Assembly: GCA_963716395.1 (NCBI GenBank)
Contig: OY970309.1
Coordinates: forward strand, 1,216,001 to 1,280,000
Source: an uncultured Fibrobacteria bacterium
GTDB lineage: Bacteria > Fibrobacterota > Fibrobacteria > UBA11236
Direction of reading: 5' to 3'
Length of the DNA: 64,000 nucleotides
Below are positions 38,050-48,941 of the stretch, piece by piece (within the stretch, counting starts at the first letter, position 1; each line of letters starts with the position of its first letter). The translations under genes were made by a program, and so were the position numbers. The notes beneath the pieces were generated by a model that was not told the origin of the DNA, did no database searches, and was given only the letters and a program-made list of their open reading frames with translations.

Positions 38050-38541
38050 TTACCGAAAATTGGTGAACTGGCAGGCGAACTCGAAGTCGGCGGCCTTCAC
38101 GGCCGCCATGCAGGCCTGCAAATCGTCTTTGCTTTTTCCCGTCACCCGCACCTGATCGCCCTGAATCGAGGCCTGCACTTTGAGCTTCAATTCCTTGATG
38201 AGTTTGGCGATTTTTTTGGCATCTTCCTGCGCCAGCCCCTTCTGAAAGGTGGCGGTTTGACGCACCGTCATTTTTCCCGCGGGTTCCGGCTCGGAATACT
38301 TCAGCAGTTTGGGGGTCAGGCCCCGCTTCACCATTTTGGTTTCAAAAACATCCCGCAACTGTCCGAGCTTGAATTCATCGTCTCCAATCAGCGTCACGGC
38401 CTCCTTGTCCAGGTCGATGGCCGACTTGCTGTTTTTGAAATCGAAGCGTTGCGCGATTTCCTTCTGGGTATGCTGCACGGCATTGCGCAACTCCTCGAAG
38501 TCGGCCTTGCATACGATGTCGAAAGAACTTTCGCCGGGCAT
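38050..38541 (-). CDS. yajQ: YajQ-family nucleotide/c-di-GMP-binding protein
   Basis: Motifs SFDIV, RFDFK and KVQASIQGDQVRVTGKSKDDLQ; ends QFTNFR. Confidence 0.95.
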   Translation of the reverse strand: MPGESSFDIVCKADFEELRNAVQHTQKEIAQRFDFKNSKSAIDLDKEAVTLIGDDEFKLGQLRDVFETKMVKRGLTPKLLKYSEPEPAGKMTVRQTATFQKGLAQEDAKKIAKLIKELKLKVQASIQGDQVRVTGKSKDDLQACMAAVKAADFEFACQFTNFR

Positions 38542-38606
38542 GTTTTTTCCCGCCGGTGGATGCGGCTTTTCTGCAATTTACAATTTCGGTCCGCGCCTGC
38601 CGCCGA

Positions 38607-39257
38607 TCAACGCATATCCACGGTTTCCACGCCGGAGGGCGGCGTGAACGTGAATTCGTCCGGCCGCGGGCGCGCCGCGTAATCGCAGGCAAGAATTTCG
38701 TACTCGGTACGGGCGCCGGTGACATCGACGGTTTCCACGCGGCGCAGGGCGGGCGGCTGGGTGCCCAGCAGCACGTGCAGGCTGTCGAGGTTATCCTCCG
38801 CCGCCTTGGGATCGAGGGTCACACGCAAGAGACCCCGGCCCGCGCGTTCGGCGGCCAGGGGCCGCGCTCCGAGGAAACGCAACAGCATCCCGCTCTCCGC
38901 TCCGGGTGCGGCGTCGGGGGCGTTCTTGATAATCACCTGGCGGTTGGCGGGAACGTATTGCCACAGCGTACGGCCGTCGCAGACCACCACGTTGCCGGCA
39001 TGCTCGACGCGAAAGCGGCCCGAATCGGCAATCCAGAGCGCGCCCTGCGTTTTCGGCAGCGCCCCGCCGTCGGGACCCGTGGTTTGCGAGGCAAACCGCA
39101 ATTTGACACAGGGAGATTGGCGTTGGCGTTCGATCAAGTGCGCCAAGGTCCGGCGCGCTTCCCCGAGCGCCGCGGAATCGGGAGCGGGGGCCGCCCAACC
39201 TCCGGCGGCCAGCAGCGCCGCAAAACCGACCGCGCGATTCCAGCGCCCAACCGACAT
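38607..39257 (-). CDS. lolA: LolA-family lipoprotein carrier
   Basis: Motif GRFRVE...VVCDGRTLWQY...QVI; C-terminal FTFTPPSGVETVDMR. Confidence 0.82.
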   Translation of the reverse strand: MSVGRWNRAVGFAALLAAGGWAAPAPDSAALGEARRTLAHLIERQRQSPCVKLRFASQTTGPDGGALPKTQGALWIADSGRFRVEHAGNVVVCDGRTLWQYVPANRQVIIKNAPDAAPGAESGMLLRFLGARPLAAERAGRGLLRVTLDPKAAEDNLDSLHVLLGTQPPALRRVETVDVTGARTEYEILACDYAARPRPDEFTFTPPSGVETVDMR

Positions 39258-39317
39258 GCGACGAACATATAAAATCGTTCCTTCGCGGGCGGATACCGGG
39301 AGAGTCGGCGGATACTA

Positions 39318-39698
39318 CTACAAGACCGTCGTGGCCAAGGCCTGCTCGACGGCCTGGCCGAGCAGCTTGGGGTTGAAGGGCTTGGGCAGAAAATGCGCGT
39401 TCAAAAGGCACAAGCCTTCGAGCATATCGTCTTCGTCGCGGCGGCCCGAGGTGAAAAGCACCTGGATCTCGGGCCGAATCACCAGCAACTGTTCCGCCAA
39501 CTCCGGACCCGAAAGCGGCCACATGTCGACGTCGGTGAGCAGCAGGTGGATGGGCCCCCGATACTGCGCGCCCAGCATCAGGGCATCAAGCCCGTTGTCG
39601 GTATCAAGCACCGTGTAACCGCCGTATTCTAGGCACATTTTGACCACGGTGCGCAGGGAAAGTTCGTCTTCGACCAGCAGAATGGTTTCGTGTTGCAT
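39318..39698 (-). CDS. Single-domain response regulator
   Basis: Motifs ILLVEDE, LLLTDV, FTSG and FLPKPF. Confidence 0.9.
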   Translation of the reverse strand: MQHETILLVEDELSLRTVVKMCLEYGGYTVLDTDNGLDALMLGAQYRGPIHLLLTDVDMWPLSGPELAEQLLVIRPEIQVLFTSGRRDEDDMLEGLCLLNAHFLPKPFNPKLLGQAVEQALATTVL

Positions 39699-39829
39699 GA
39701 CCACATGGTAAGGCCGAAGTTACCTCGGCGTCAAAACAAAAATCACCTGCGAAACTTGTATCGCTTTTGCCTTTAGCGGTGGATTGGGGATTGGACTTTG
39801 CTTTTTGGAGGCGATGTAGAAGCCCTACT

Positions 39830-40642
39830 TCAAGCTGCGCTCGCAATCCGCCCCAAAGCCGCCAGCAAGGCCGGGTGCAGAACGCCGTTGGAAAACAGCG
39901 CCGCGCGCTTTTCCAGCGTCCAGGTTTCGCCTCGCAAATCCGTGACCCGGCCCCCGGCTTCGCGTACCAGCAAGGCGGTAACCGACACGTCCCAGGGCCA
40001 CAGCGAATTCATCCAATAACCGTCGAGCCGGCCCGCGGCCACGAAAGCGCCTTCCACCGCCGCCGACCCGAGGCATTTGAGGCGTTGCGCCGCCCAGCCG
40101 GCCGTGGAACAATCGCGCAGATTTTCGGCGTTCAGGCGCTGCCGTTCGGCGGCATCGGCGCCCACGTTGAAATCACCATGGGCCAGCACGGCTTGTGAAA
40201 GGTTCGTGACGCTGCTTACGTGCAAACGGTTGCCGTTCACAAAAGCTCCGCCGCCGGTTTGCGCCGTATACATTTCGTTCAAGGCCGGCAAAAACACCGC
40301 GCCGCACAGCGGTTCCCCGTTACGGCTCAACCCCACCGATACGCCCCAGAGCGGCAGGCTGTGCGCATAATTGATGGTGCCGTCGATGGGATCGACGTAC
40401 CAGCGGTATTCGCTGGTACGGTGGGCTTCGCCTTCTTCTTCGGTGACCCAGTCGTGATCGGGAAAGGCCGCTTCGATGCGGCTGCGGATGAGGCGGTCGC
40501 ATTGCAGGTCGGCTTCGGTGACCAGGTCTTTTTCGCCTTTGAAGCGCGCGGGACCCAGGGCGCTTTGCATGCGCAAGGCCAATTCTCCCGCGGCGCGCGC
40601 GGCGTCGACAGCGAGGTTCAAAAATTTTTGTGGTTCGGACAT
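39830..40642 (-). CDS. suhB: Inositol monophosphatase family protein
   Basis: Motifs DLVTEAD, WYVDPIDGTINY and WPWD. Confidence 0.88.
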   Translation of the reverse strand: MSEPQKFLNLAVDAARAAGELALRMQSALGPARFKGEKDLVTEADLQCDRLIRSRIEAAFPDHDWVTEEEGEAHRTSEYRWYVDPIDGTINYAHSLPLWGVSVGLSRNGEPLCGAVFLPALNEMYTAQTGGGAFVNGNRLHVSSVTNLSQAVLAHGDFNVGADAAERQRLNAENLRDCSTAGWAAQRLKCLGSAAVEGAFVAAGRLDGYWMNSLWPWDVSVTALLVREAGGRVTDLRGETWTLEKRAALFSNGVLHPALLAALGRIASAA

Positions 40643-40681
40643 GGGGCAGAATATAGGCTTCGGCGGAAGGCGCGGCGGGAA

Positions 40682-41419
40682 TCAAGTACGCGGGCCGAAC
40701 AGGGCCGTGCCGATGCGGAGGTAATGCGCGCCTTCTTCCACCGCCATCTCGAAGTCGCCGCTCATGCCCATGGAAAGCAAGCGCGCGGCGGGAAAGCGCG
40801 CCGCCAGCGCCGGCTGGTGATGCAGGGCATGCAGACATTCGCGCAAAGCGCGGAAGCCGGGCCGCGCCGCTTCGGGATCGCCGGCCGGGCCGATGGTCAT
40901 TAATCCCACCAGGCGAAGATGCGGCGCCGGCGGCAGGGCCGCGGCCGCGTCGAGAAAACCTTCGCGCGCAAAACCCGATTTCTGCGGCTCGGCCGAAGCG
41001 TTGACCTGCAAAAACACCTCGCGCCAAATCCCGAGTTCGGCCGCGATGCGCTCCAGGGTTTGCCACAATTCCGCCGAATCCACCGAATGCACGGCCGTGC
41101 ACAGCGGCAGCACCTTGCGGGCCTTATTGCGCTGCAAATGTCCGATGAAATGCAAATCATGGTCCAACACGGTTCCATCCGCCGCGCGCAGCGGAAATTT
41201 TTCCAGCACCTCCTGCGCGCGGTTTTCTCCGAAAAGCCGGGCGCCGGCGGCCTGGGCCGCGATCAAGGCCGAGACGGGATGGTTTTTGCTAACCCAAATG
41301 ACACGGATCTCCTGCGGGTCGCGGTTGGCCCGCCGGCAGGCGGCGACCAGGCGCTCTTCGATCCGGGCGCGCCGGGAGGCGAATTGAGCAACGGCTTCGG
41401 ACCAATCCGTCGGAGTCAC
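40682..41419 (-). CDS. yggS: PLP homeostasis protein (YggS family)
   Basis: Motifs VSK, FGENRAQE, HFIGHLQRNK, LSMGMSGD and RIGTALFG; probable GTG start at 41419. Confidence 0.93.
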   Translation of the reverse strand: MTPTDWSEAVAQFASRRARIEERLVAACRRANRDPQEIRVIWVSKNHPVSALIAAQAAGARLFGENRAQEVLEKFPLRAADGTVLDHDLHFIGHLQRNKARKVLPLCTAVHSVDSAELWQTLERIAAELGIWREVFLQVNASAEPQKSGFAREGFLDAAAALPPAPHLRLVGLMTIGPAGDPEAARPGFRALRECLHALHHQPALAARFPAARLLSMGMSGDFEMAVEEGAHYLRIGTALFGPRT

Positions 41420-41530
41420 GGGGGAAAATATAGGCGGGCGGACGCCGGCCCGCGCAGACGAATCGCACGCCGGTATTAAAAACGAACGGTTCATAAAAAA
41501 CTTGCCGGGGACCGGGGAGGCGGGTTATAT

Positions 41531-41546
41531 TGAACCGAACGGTTCA
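41531..41546. promoter_or_regulatory. Putative TetR operator upstream of the MFS gene
   Basis: Palindrome TGAACCGAACGGTTCA; partial copy at 41478-41493; related copy upstream of tetR. Confidence 0.7.
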
Positions 41547-41563
41547 TTTGAAAGGGTCCGCTT

Positions 41564-42844
41564 ATGAAAACCACCGGCGAACGAAGGATTTCCCGATCCC
41601 TCATCCTCTTCAGCGCCGCGCTCTTCATGCAGGTCACGGCCGGCCTCTCGATTGTGGGAGTGCTTCCCTCCATCGCCTCGGAATGGCATCTCACCTCCAC
41701 CGCGATTGCGCTGCTCATCACGGTTTTTGGAGCCACCTTCGCCGTGAGCGCCCCCCTGCTGCAAATGCTCGTGGGACATTGGATACGGCGCACCCAAATT
41801 CTGGCGGCCATCGCCATCCTGGCTTTGGGAACGCTTCTCTTCGCGGCCGCGCCCGGCTACACCGCACTTTTGGCCGCGCGTATTCTGATGGGGTTGGGTT
41901 CGGCCTTGTTGAGCCCCGTACTGCTCGCCCTGGGCGCTAGCATGGTCAAACCCCCACAACAAGGGGCCGCCCTGGCCGTGGTTTCGATGGGGATCAGCCT
42001 GGCCACCGTGCTCGGAATTCCGGCCTCCGCCTGGCTGGGCGCTCTCGTGGGCCCGCGCCTGCTCTATGCCATCATCGCCCTCCTGCTGATCGCCTTGGGA
42101 GTCGCCATCGCCCTGCTGGTCGACGATCGCTCGGCGGGCGAACGCGTCAACGCCCGGAAGACGGTGCGGCTTCTGGGCCGTCCCGCCACCCTCAGCGGGC
42201 TCGCGGTCATCTTTCTCGTGACCGCGGGCATATTTTCCACCTTCACCCTCATCACCCCCATTCTGCGGGATGCCTATGGGGCCGGCGCCTCCATGGTTTC
42301 CGTCACGCTGTTCGTGTACGGAGCCTCGGGGCTGTTCGGCAACTTCTTCGTTCGTCGCGCTGCGATGAAATGGTCCTCCGAAACCCTGCTTCGCGGCGCC
42401 ATGATCGGTCTCGTCGTGGTCTTTGCGGCCCTCTGGCTGCTGCCGACCTCCTGGATGCTCCTGCTACCGATGCTCATGGCGTGGTCTTTTCTGGGCGACA
42501 TCATCTGGCCCTCGCAGCAGCGCCGGATGGTCGAACTCGAATCCGAATTCCGCGGGCTGGCTTTGGCACTTTCTTCATCCTTCCTCTTTTCGGGCATCGC
42601 CTTCGGTTCGGCGCTGGGAGGAATTGTCTACCCGGCCCACGGCTTCGCCGGCGTGCTGGTGCTCTCCATGCTTCTGGTCTTCAGCGGTCTGTGGACGCTG
42701 GCTTTTTCCGTGCGTGTGCGCAGGGCCAGTTCCGCGGCCGAAACCTCAGCGCGGTTCTTGGGTGCGGCTCCCCAACCCGGGGTGTGCATGGCCCGGCCGT
42801 CCTTGGCCCCGGTGCGCATCACATCGAGCGCAGCAGACGCATGA
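41564..42844 (+). CDS. MFS transporter (DHA1/NepI-like)
   Basis: About 12 TM helices; motifs ARILMGLG and G.SLATVLGIP. Confidence 0.9.
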   Translation: MKTTGERRISRSLILFSAALFMQVTAGLSIVGVLPSIASEWHLTSTAIALLITVFGATFAVSAPLLQMLVGHWIRRTQILAAIAILALGTLLFAAAPGYTALLAARILMGLGSALLSPVLLALGASMVKPPQQGAALAVVSMGISLATVLGIPASAWLGALVGPRLLYAIIALLLIALGVAIALLVDDRSAGERVNARKTVRLLGRPATLSGLAVIFLVTAGIFSTFTLITPILRDAYGAGASMVSVTLFVYGASGLFGNFFVRRAAMKWSSETLLRGAMIGLVVVFAALWLLPTSWMLLLPMLMAWSFLGDIIWPSQQRRMVELESEFRGLALALSSSFLFSGIAFGSALGGIVYPAHGFAGVLVLSMLLVFSGLWTLAFSVRVRRASSAAETSARFLGAAPQPGVCMARPSLAPVRITSSAADA

Positions 42845-43370
42845 AATCCTCGACCGTCTGGGTCGGGGATTTTTCCGCTTTAAGATTTTGCTCGATGCAC
42901 AGACCGGAAAAAAAAGTCGTTAGAATCTCGGTCAACGCCTCCGGGGGCCGTTTGGTTTTTTCCGCCGCGATGTTGGTGAAGAACAAGCGCTTCAGGCTTT
43001 TGCGGGTGTCGGACAAAATGTGCTGGGCTTCCGGCGGAAGTACCGCGGTTTCGCGCATCGAATTGACCACGAAGCAGCCTTTAAACCCGTCTTTGCGGGC
43101 CAATTTGAATGCGAGGAAACGCTCGATGTTGTGCCATCCGAAAGGCTTTTCGGCCAGCAGCCGCCGGCCTTTACGGGTATCGCTGTAATGCTGCAGCGAG
43201 GCCAGAAAAAGGTCTTCCTTGTTCTTGAACTCGGCATACAATCCGGATTTGTTGACGCCGGTGGCCTTTTCCAAATCATGCAGTCCCGTGTCGGCGAAGC
43301 CGCGCTTCCAGAACAACGGCATGGCTTTCTCCAGCACTTCGATGCGGCTGAAGTTTTTGGGGCGGCCCAT
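42819..43370 (-). CDS. TetR/AcrR-family regulator
   Basis: Motif MGRPKNF...FWKRGF..T...LEKATGVNKSGLYAEFKNKEDLF. Confidence 0.93.
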   Translation of the reverse strand: MGRPKNFSRIEVLEKAMPLFWKRGFADTGLHDLEKATGVNKSGLYAEFKNKEDLFLASLQHYSDTRKGRRLLAEKPFGWHNIERFLAFKLARKDGFKGCFVVNSMRETAVLPPEAQHILSDTRKSLKRLFFTNIAAEKTKRPPEALTEILTTFFSGLCIEQNLKAEKSPTQTVEDFMRLLRSM

Positions 43371-43388
43371 GCTTTGAAGGTATAATTT

Positions 43389-43404
43389 TGAACCGAGTAG
43401 TTCA
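43389..43404. promoter_or_regulatory. Putative TetR autoregulatory operator
   Basis: TGAACCGAGTAGTTCA, just upstream of the tetR -10-like box. Confidence 0.65.
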
Positions 43405-43619
43405 ATACCAAGGGCCGCGGAGGGAGTCGCCCGGTTTTACCGGAAGGGGAGGACGCGCTTTAAGCCTTTGATTGCGAAAGCCGACGCTGGGCGGCTCAAT
43501 TCTTCTGGATTCCCGATTTTTCGCGGAATCCGGTAAAATGCCCGGAAGAACACCCAACCCGACATGACTTGGGCCCTTGTCTTCGCGGCAGGTATATTCC
43601 TGACAAAAGAAAGCGGACC

Positions 43620-44840
43620 ATGCGAAAACCAACCGATCTTCGTGCCTTGCGCCTGCAAGGCGTTTTGCTGGCAGGCGGCGGATTGTTGCTGGCGTTGGCC
43701 TTGGCCCGGGGAGGTTTGCCCGTGATCGATGTTCCGTCCCAACAATATGCGGCTGAAAATGCGCGCGACTCCGCCGACAATGTCAACCCGAATTTCGCCC
43801 ATGCCAGCTTCGCCGGCGGCTGTTTCTGGTGCATGGAGTCGCCCTACGCCAGCCTGCCCGGCGTGAAAACCGTGATCTCGGGCTACGCGGGAGGGCAGGT
43901 GGCCCATCCCAGCTACGAAGACGTCAGCAGCGGCACCACGGGTCATGCCGAAACCGTCGACGTCATATACGATCCCAAGGAGATCAGTTATTCCACCCTG
44001 CTCAACGCTTTCTGGCGTTCCTGCGACCCCACCGATCGCGGCGGGCAATTCGTGGACCGGGGATCGCAATACCGCACCGCCATTTTTTACCGCAACGCCG
44101 AGCAGCAGCGGCTGGCCGAAGCCTCGCGCGACGCCCTGCAGAAAAGCGGGCGATTTTCCAAACCCATCGTTACCGAAATTACGGAGCTCAAGGCTTTCTA
44201 CCCGGCCGAAGACTACCACCAGCATTTTTGCGTGCGGCATGCCGATCACTACCACCAATACCGCGACGGCTCGGGGCGCGACGACTACCTGCACCGCATC
44301 TGGGGCCGGGATCTGAAGCCGCCGATCGTGCCGGTCGATGCCGACAACGACGGGTTGGAGAACGCCCCAACCGCGGCGGCGATGCCCATGAAGAAGAAAC
44401 CCAGCGAGGTGGAACTGCATCAAATTCTGACGCCCACGCAATACCAGGTAACCCAGCAATGCGGCACCGAGCCGCCCTTCCACAATGCCTACTGGAACAA
44501 TCACGCCGAGGGCATTTACGTCGACGTGGTGTCGGGTGAACCCTTGTTCAGCTCGAAGGACAAATACAACAGCGGGACGGGCTGGCCGAGCTTCACCAAG
44601 CCGCTGCAACCCGGAAACATCGTCGAGAAAGACGACAGCACCTTGGGAATGGTGCGCACCGAAGTGCGCAGCAAGCACGGCGATTCGCATCTGGGCCATG
44701 TTTTTCCCGACGGCCCCGGCCCTTCGGGCCTGCGCTTCTGCATCAACTCGGCTTCGCTGCGCTTCATTCCCAAAGACCAGCTCGCGGCTGAAGGCTATGG
44801 CCGGTATCTTTCGCTGTTCGCCGACTCGGCGAAACATTGA
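43620..44840 (+). CDS. msrAB: Exported bifunctional methionine sulfoxide reductase MsrA/MsrB
   Basis: MsrA motifs GGCFWC and AEDYHQ; MsrB motifs GTGWPSF, HLGHVF and RFCINS; N-terminal hydrophobic segment. Confidence 0.93.
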   Translation: MRKPTDLRALRLQGVLLAGGGLLLALALARGGLPVIDVPSQQYAAENARDSADNVNPNFAHASFAGGCFWCMESPYASLPGVKTVISGYAGGQVAHPSYEDVSSGTTGHAETVDVIYDPKEISYSTLLNAFWRSCDPTDRGGQFVDRGSQYRTAIFYRNAEQQRLAEASRDALQKSGRFSKPIVTEITELKAFYPAEDYHQHFCVRHADHYHQYRDGSGRDDYLHRIWGRDLKPPIVPVDADNDGLENAPTAAAMPMKKKPSEVELHQILTPTQYQVTQQCGTEPPFHNAYWNNHAEGIYVDVVSGEPLFSSKDKYNSGTGWPSFTKPLQPGNIVEKDDSTLGMVRTEVRSKHGDSHLGHVFPDGPGPSGLRFCINSASLRFIPKDQLAAEGYGRYLSLFADSAKH

Positions 44841-44852
44841 AGCGCCTTCAAT

Positions 44853-45030
44853 TGTGCACAGCCATTCGGAATCGATCCTTCTATGCAGGTCCGGTCGGAG
44901 TTCTCACTTCAAGGCCTGCGGAACTCGTCCGCCTAAGGCGGACTCAAACAGGTCCTCGGCCTTTTCGTGAGAAACTCCGTACCGGCCCCAAACCCTTTGC
45001 TTCGGTCGATTCCATTCGAGGGTAGGCACA
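44853..45030. repeat. About 180-bp nested palindromic (REPIN/MITE-like) element between convergent msrAB and lon
   Basis: Nested arms TGTGC/GCACA, GGAATCGA/TCGATTCC, CCGGT/ACCGG, CGGAGTT/AACTCCG, CTCAC/GTGAG and AAGGCC/GGCCTT; apex GTCCGCC-TAA-GGCGGAC. Confidence 0.75.
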
Positions 45031-45038
45031 GCCGCGAT

Positions 45039-47432
45039 CTAGCCGCTACGTTTTCGGGAAGCGGGCCGCGGCGAACCGAAGACAAGGCGCAGCGCTTGAT
45101 CCACATGATCCACGGATAGGATTTTCAAACCGCGTTTGGCCGCGGCGGGTAACTCGCGTATTTCCGGAGCGTTTTCACGCGGGACGCACACGCGCGTAAT
45201 CCCGGCCTGCAAAGCCGCTACGGTTTTTTCCGGCAAACCGCCCACCGCGTGGATTTTACCCGCCAGGGAGATTTCGCCCGTGAAGGCCAGCCGCGGGTCC
45301 ACCGGCTTGCGGGTCATGGCCGACACCAGGGCCAGCAACAAGGCCACGCCGGCCGAAGGGCCGTCTTTCGAGATTGCGCCTTCGGGCAAATGCAGGTGCA
45401 CGTCGGTTTTGTGGAAATCGGCGGGATCGACGCCGAAGCGGCGCGCGCGCTCGCGGGCCAAGGTCAACGCCAGTTGCGCCGACTCTTTCATGACGTCGCC
45501 CAATTGCCCGGTGAGCAACAGCTTGCCTTTGCCCGACAGCAAGGCGCATTCGACGCGCAGGGTTTCACCCCCGGCGGGCGTCCAGGCCAAAGCCGTCACC
45601 ATGCCGGGTTGGTAGGCCGCCGGCAGCGGCCGTTCCGGACGCGCGGGCAGTCCGAGAAAGGCTTGCAAACCGCGCGCGTCGAAATCTCGAAAGGTTTTGC
45701 CGCCCACGATTTGGCGCGCGCGCTTGCGCGCCAGCTTGGCAAGCTGGCGGTTGAGCTGACGCACGCCGGCCTCATGGGTGTATCGGCGGATCACGGTTTG
45801 TAATACGGCGTCGGAAAAGCGGAATTGCCCTTCGATCAAGCCGCAGGCCGCGCGGATTTTCGGCAGCAGGTGGCGTCGGGCGATGGCGAGTTTTTCCCCG
45901 TCGTAATAACCGGACAGGCGGATCATTTCCAGCCGGTCATGCAACATGGGCGGGATTTTTTCTTCGACGTTGGCGGTGGTGATAAAAAAAACGCGGCTCA
46001 GGTCGACGCCCACTTCGAGAAAGTGGTCGACGAATTCGCGGTTTTGTTCCGGGTCGAGCGCTTCGAGCAAAGCGGAGGCCGGATCGCCGCGGAAGTCGCC
46101 CCCCATTTTGTCGATTTCATCCAACAGAATGACGGGATTCATGCTGCCGCTTTTCTTAAGCGCCTGTACGATGCGGCCGGGCATCGAGCCGATATAGGTG
46201 CGCCGGTGCCCGCGAATTTCGGCTTCATCGCGCACGCCGCCCAGCGAAATTCGCACGAACTCGCGACTCAGGGCCTTGGCCACCGATCGCCCCAGCGACG
46301 TCTTGCCCACGCCCGGCGGCCCGACCAGGCAGAGAATGGGTGCGGCCAAATCCCGGGCCAGGCGGATCACGGCCACGTGTTCCAGAATGCGGTCCTTCAC
46401 TTCGCGCAGGCCGAAATGATCGGCGTCGAGCTGGGCTTTGACCTTGGCCAAGTCGAGTCGATCCGGGTTCATCCGCTTCCAGGGCAAGGCCAGAAACCAA
46501 TCGACATAGGTGCGCACCACCGCGTATTCCGGCGAAGTGGCATGCAGATAATCCAGCCGCCGCACTTCGGAAGCCACGCGCTCAAAGGCGGCTTCGGGCA
46601 GGCCCTGGGCGCGTAGCTCTTCTTCGAGTTTGCGAATTTCCGGGTTGACCGCCGGCGGTTTCGATCCCAGCTCCGACTGGATTTTGCGCATCTGCTCGGT
46701 GAGAAAAAACTCCTTCTGCGATTGCGCCACGGCCGCGCGCACTTCCTGCTCCATGCGCCGCGCTGCGCCCCCAGCCTGCACGGCATTGCACAGAAATTCG
46801 CGCGCCAGCCGCAGCTTGCCGGCCAAGGTGGGCGCTTCCAGCAGGCTTTGGCGCAATTCGACGGGCAACCGCAAATGGGCCACCATGCCGTAGGTCTTTT
46901 CCAGCGGGCCGGGCAGGGCCAGGGTCAAATCAACGAGGTCGCGTGGCAACTCGGGATTTTGCTGCACGTATTCGGCAAAAGCCGTCTCGGTCCACTCCAG
47001 CAGGCGGCGCGCTTCGGACGAGGGCGACGCGGAAAAGCTTTGCAATTCGACCTGGGCCCGGAGCCCGTTCTCTTCGCGCCAGGACAGCGCGCGGCCCACG
47101 GCCAGCACTTCGACCAAGGCCTTGCACAAGCCGTTGGGCAGGGCCGTGGTGCCGAGGATGCGGCCTACGGCACCGGTGGCGCGGATCGTCTCCGGAGTAA
47201 TCTCTTCGTCCCGCGGGTTGTTTTGCAAAGCGAAAAAAGCCAGCGGGGAGCTTTGCTCCAAGGCCCGCGTCAATGAAGACAAGGACAGCGGGCGGCCCAG
47301 CAACAGCGGAATGCTGGTGCCGGGAAAGAGCACGAGATCGCGCAGGGGAATGACCGGCAAGGCTTGCAGAAGGGCTTCGTCCCAATCCGGCGAGGATGGG
47401 GCGACGGGGTTCGTGGTTTTGCCGGGTTGCAT
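45039..47432 (-). CDS. lon: ATP-dependent protease La
   Basis: LON N-domain; motifs [23 protein letters not shown] and KDGPSAG. Confidence 0.96.
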   Translation of the reverse strand: MQPGKTTNPVAPSSPDWDEALLQALPVIPLRDLVLFPGTSIPLLLGRPLSLSSLTRALEQSSPLAFFALQNNPRDEEITPETIRATGAVGRILGTTALPNGLCKALVEVLAVGRALSWREENGLRAQVELQSFSASPSSEARRLLEWTETAFAEYVQQNPELPRDLVDLTLALPGPLEKTYGMVAHLRLPVELRQSLLEAPTLAGKLRLAREFLCNAVQAGGAARRMEQEVRAAVAQSQKEFFLTEQMRKIQSELGSKPPAVNPEIRKLEEELRAQGLPEAAFERVASEVRRLDYLHATSPEYAVVRTYVDWFLALPWKRMNPDRLDLAKVKAQLDADHFGLREVKDRILEHVAVIRLARDLAAPILCLVGPPGVGKTSLGRSVAKALSREFVRISLGGVRDEAEIRGHRRTYIGSMPGRIVQALKKSGSMNPVILLDEIDKMGGDFRGDPASALLEALDPEQNREFVDHFLEVGVDLSRVFFITTANVEEKIPPMLHDRLEMIRLSGYYDGEKLAIARRHLLPKIRAACGLIEGQFRFSDAVLQTVIRRYTHEAGVRQLNRQLAKLARKRARQIVGGKTFRDFDARGLQAFLGLPARPERPLPAAYQPGMVTALAWTPAGGETLRVECALLSGKGKLLLTGQLGDVMKESAQLALTLARERARRFGVDPADFHKTDVHLHLPEGAISKDGPSAGVALLLALVSAMTRKPVDPRLAFTGEISLAGKIHAVGGLPEKTVAALQAGITRVCVPRENAPEIRELPAAAKRGLKILSVDHVDQALRLVFGSPRPASRKRSG

Positions 47433-47449
47433 GACGAGAAGGTAGCGGA

Positions 47450-47890
47450 TCACGCCGTTTGTTCGACGTATTTCTTCAACCCGATCAGCATGAATTCCCA
47501 ATTTTTTTCGCTGTGCGCCCGCGCTGGCTCATCGCGATTGTTGTCTTGCTCCAGCAACAGCAAGATTTGATCGCCGTCATCTTTCAATTCGATGCGCACG
47601 GTGTGGTAGTTCTCCGGCGCATCCGGCAACCCCGACAGGGGGCTGAAATGGGTGTAACTTAGCCGCGACTCCGGTTGCCATTGCAGAATCGTTCCCTTGT
47701 CTTCATAGGCTTTTCCCTGCCAGACGCCGCGCCAAAAAATCGGGGCGCCTTCGACCCAAGTCGATTCCACCTCGGCGCCGAACATGTAGCTCCGAATGGC
47801 ATCGGCATGCACCAGCGCCGCCCACACCTTGCCGCGCGGCGCGGAGATGGCCGTCGAGGCTTTGGCCGTCAAATTGTTGAGTGATTCCAT
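47450..47890 (-). CDS. SRPBCC/AHSA1-like domain protein
   Basis: Motifs KVWAAL, YMFG, W.GKAYEDKG and HSEKNW. Confidence 0.85.
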   Translation of the reverse strand: MESLNNLTAKASTAISAPRGKVWAALVHADAIRSYMFGAEVESTWVEGAPIFWRGVWQGKAYEDKGTILQWQPESRLSYTHFSPLSGLPDAPENYHTVRIELKDDGDQILLLLEQDNNRDEPARAHSEKNWEFMLIGLKKYVEQTA

Positions 47891-47895
47891 ACGGT

Positions 47896-48252
47896 TTAAG
47901 AAACGACGGCTTTCTTTTTCTTCGACGCTCTGGCTTTTCCATTGAAGGCCAGGGCCAAACCAAGCCAATATTCCAAATCCGGTTTGGTTTTCAAAACCTC
48001 GGAATCAACATGCACGAAACCCCGATAGGCGCGGCCGCCCATGATTACGGTGCGGACCCCCTCTTTTTCCAGGGCTTGATCGTGCAAAGCCGGGTCGATG
48101 CGGCACATCAGGCGATCGTCGCCGACGCTGACGCACATCTTGCCGTTCACCATGAAGGTGATGCCGCGGAACATGCGTTTCTCTTCGACATTAGGCACGG
48201 CGGCCAGTTCTTCGCGAACCCGGTCCGTCAATTTCTTCTCGTCCTCAGACAT
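47896..48252 (-). CDS. TfoX N-terminal domain protein
   Basis: Motif EEKRMFRGITFMVNGKMCV...LMCRID. Confidence 0.85.
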   Translation of the reverse strand: MSEDEKKLTDRVREELAAVPNVEEKRMFRGITFMVNGKMCVSVGDDRLMCRIDPALHDQALEKEGVRTVIMGGRAYRGFVHVDSEVLKTKPDLEYWLGLALAFNGKARASKKKKAVVS

Positions 48253-48509
48253 GAAAACCATTCCCGGACATATAATCCCGGTCTATTAACCTAACTATTC
48301 GCCATGGCGGAAAAGCGGCCCAATTTTTGCCAAATGAAACAAATAGGCAAGCTACTATGTTGGCTTATGCTTTATCTGAACCCGCTGAGGGTGGAAGGGG
48401 TTAAGCGGCTTTCCCAAGCCAAAAGTGCGGCCCGGAAAACCGCCATCGTTCGGTGGAAGACGCCACGCGTTGGAATATTTCCTCCGGGATTTTTGAAAAG
48501 GATAAGGGC

Positions 48510-48938
48510 ATGAACCTTAATACCGATCACCTGAACCGATGCATCCGCACCTTGCAGGCGTCGCTGGAACTGTACCATAAGGCCTCTCCCGGTGAGATCG
48601 GCCAGGAGGTTTTTCGCAATGCCATCGTCAAGGGATGCGAGCTGACGCAGGAGACCGCGTTCAAGCTGGTGAAAAAAGCGTTGCGGGATTTCGGCCACGG
48701 GGCGAAGAAATTGGATTCAACCCCCATCAAGGAAATACTGCGGCTCTCGGCAACGCACGGGTTGATGACCTTGGAAGAAGTCGAACGTTGGTTTGCCTAT
48801 CGTGATAATCGCAACAACACGGCGCATGCCTACGGCGAAGGCTTCGCCCAGGAAACCCTGCCGCTCATGCCGCAATTTATCGCCGACGCGAATAAACTGG
48901 CAAGCGTATTAAGGGAACGCTTCCCCTCCGAGCCTTGA
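48510..48938 (+). CDS. HEPN-domain (HI0074-type) putative toxin
   Basis: Rx4H motif RNNTAH followed by AY; upstream ELTQE..FK helix. Confidence 0.85.
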   Translation: MNLNTDHLNRCIRTLQASLELYHKASPGEIGQEVFRNAIVKGCELTQETAFKLVKKALRDFGHGAKKLDSTPIKEILRLSATHGLMTLEEVERWFAYRDNRNNTAHAYGEGFAQETLPLMPQFIADANKLASVLRERFPSEP

Positions 48939-48941
48939 CGC

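Noticed and set aside
43620-44840. Selenocysteine recoding in MsrAB
   Set aside because: The catalytic positions are ordinary Cys codons and the frame has no internal TGA.
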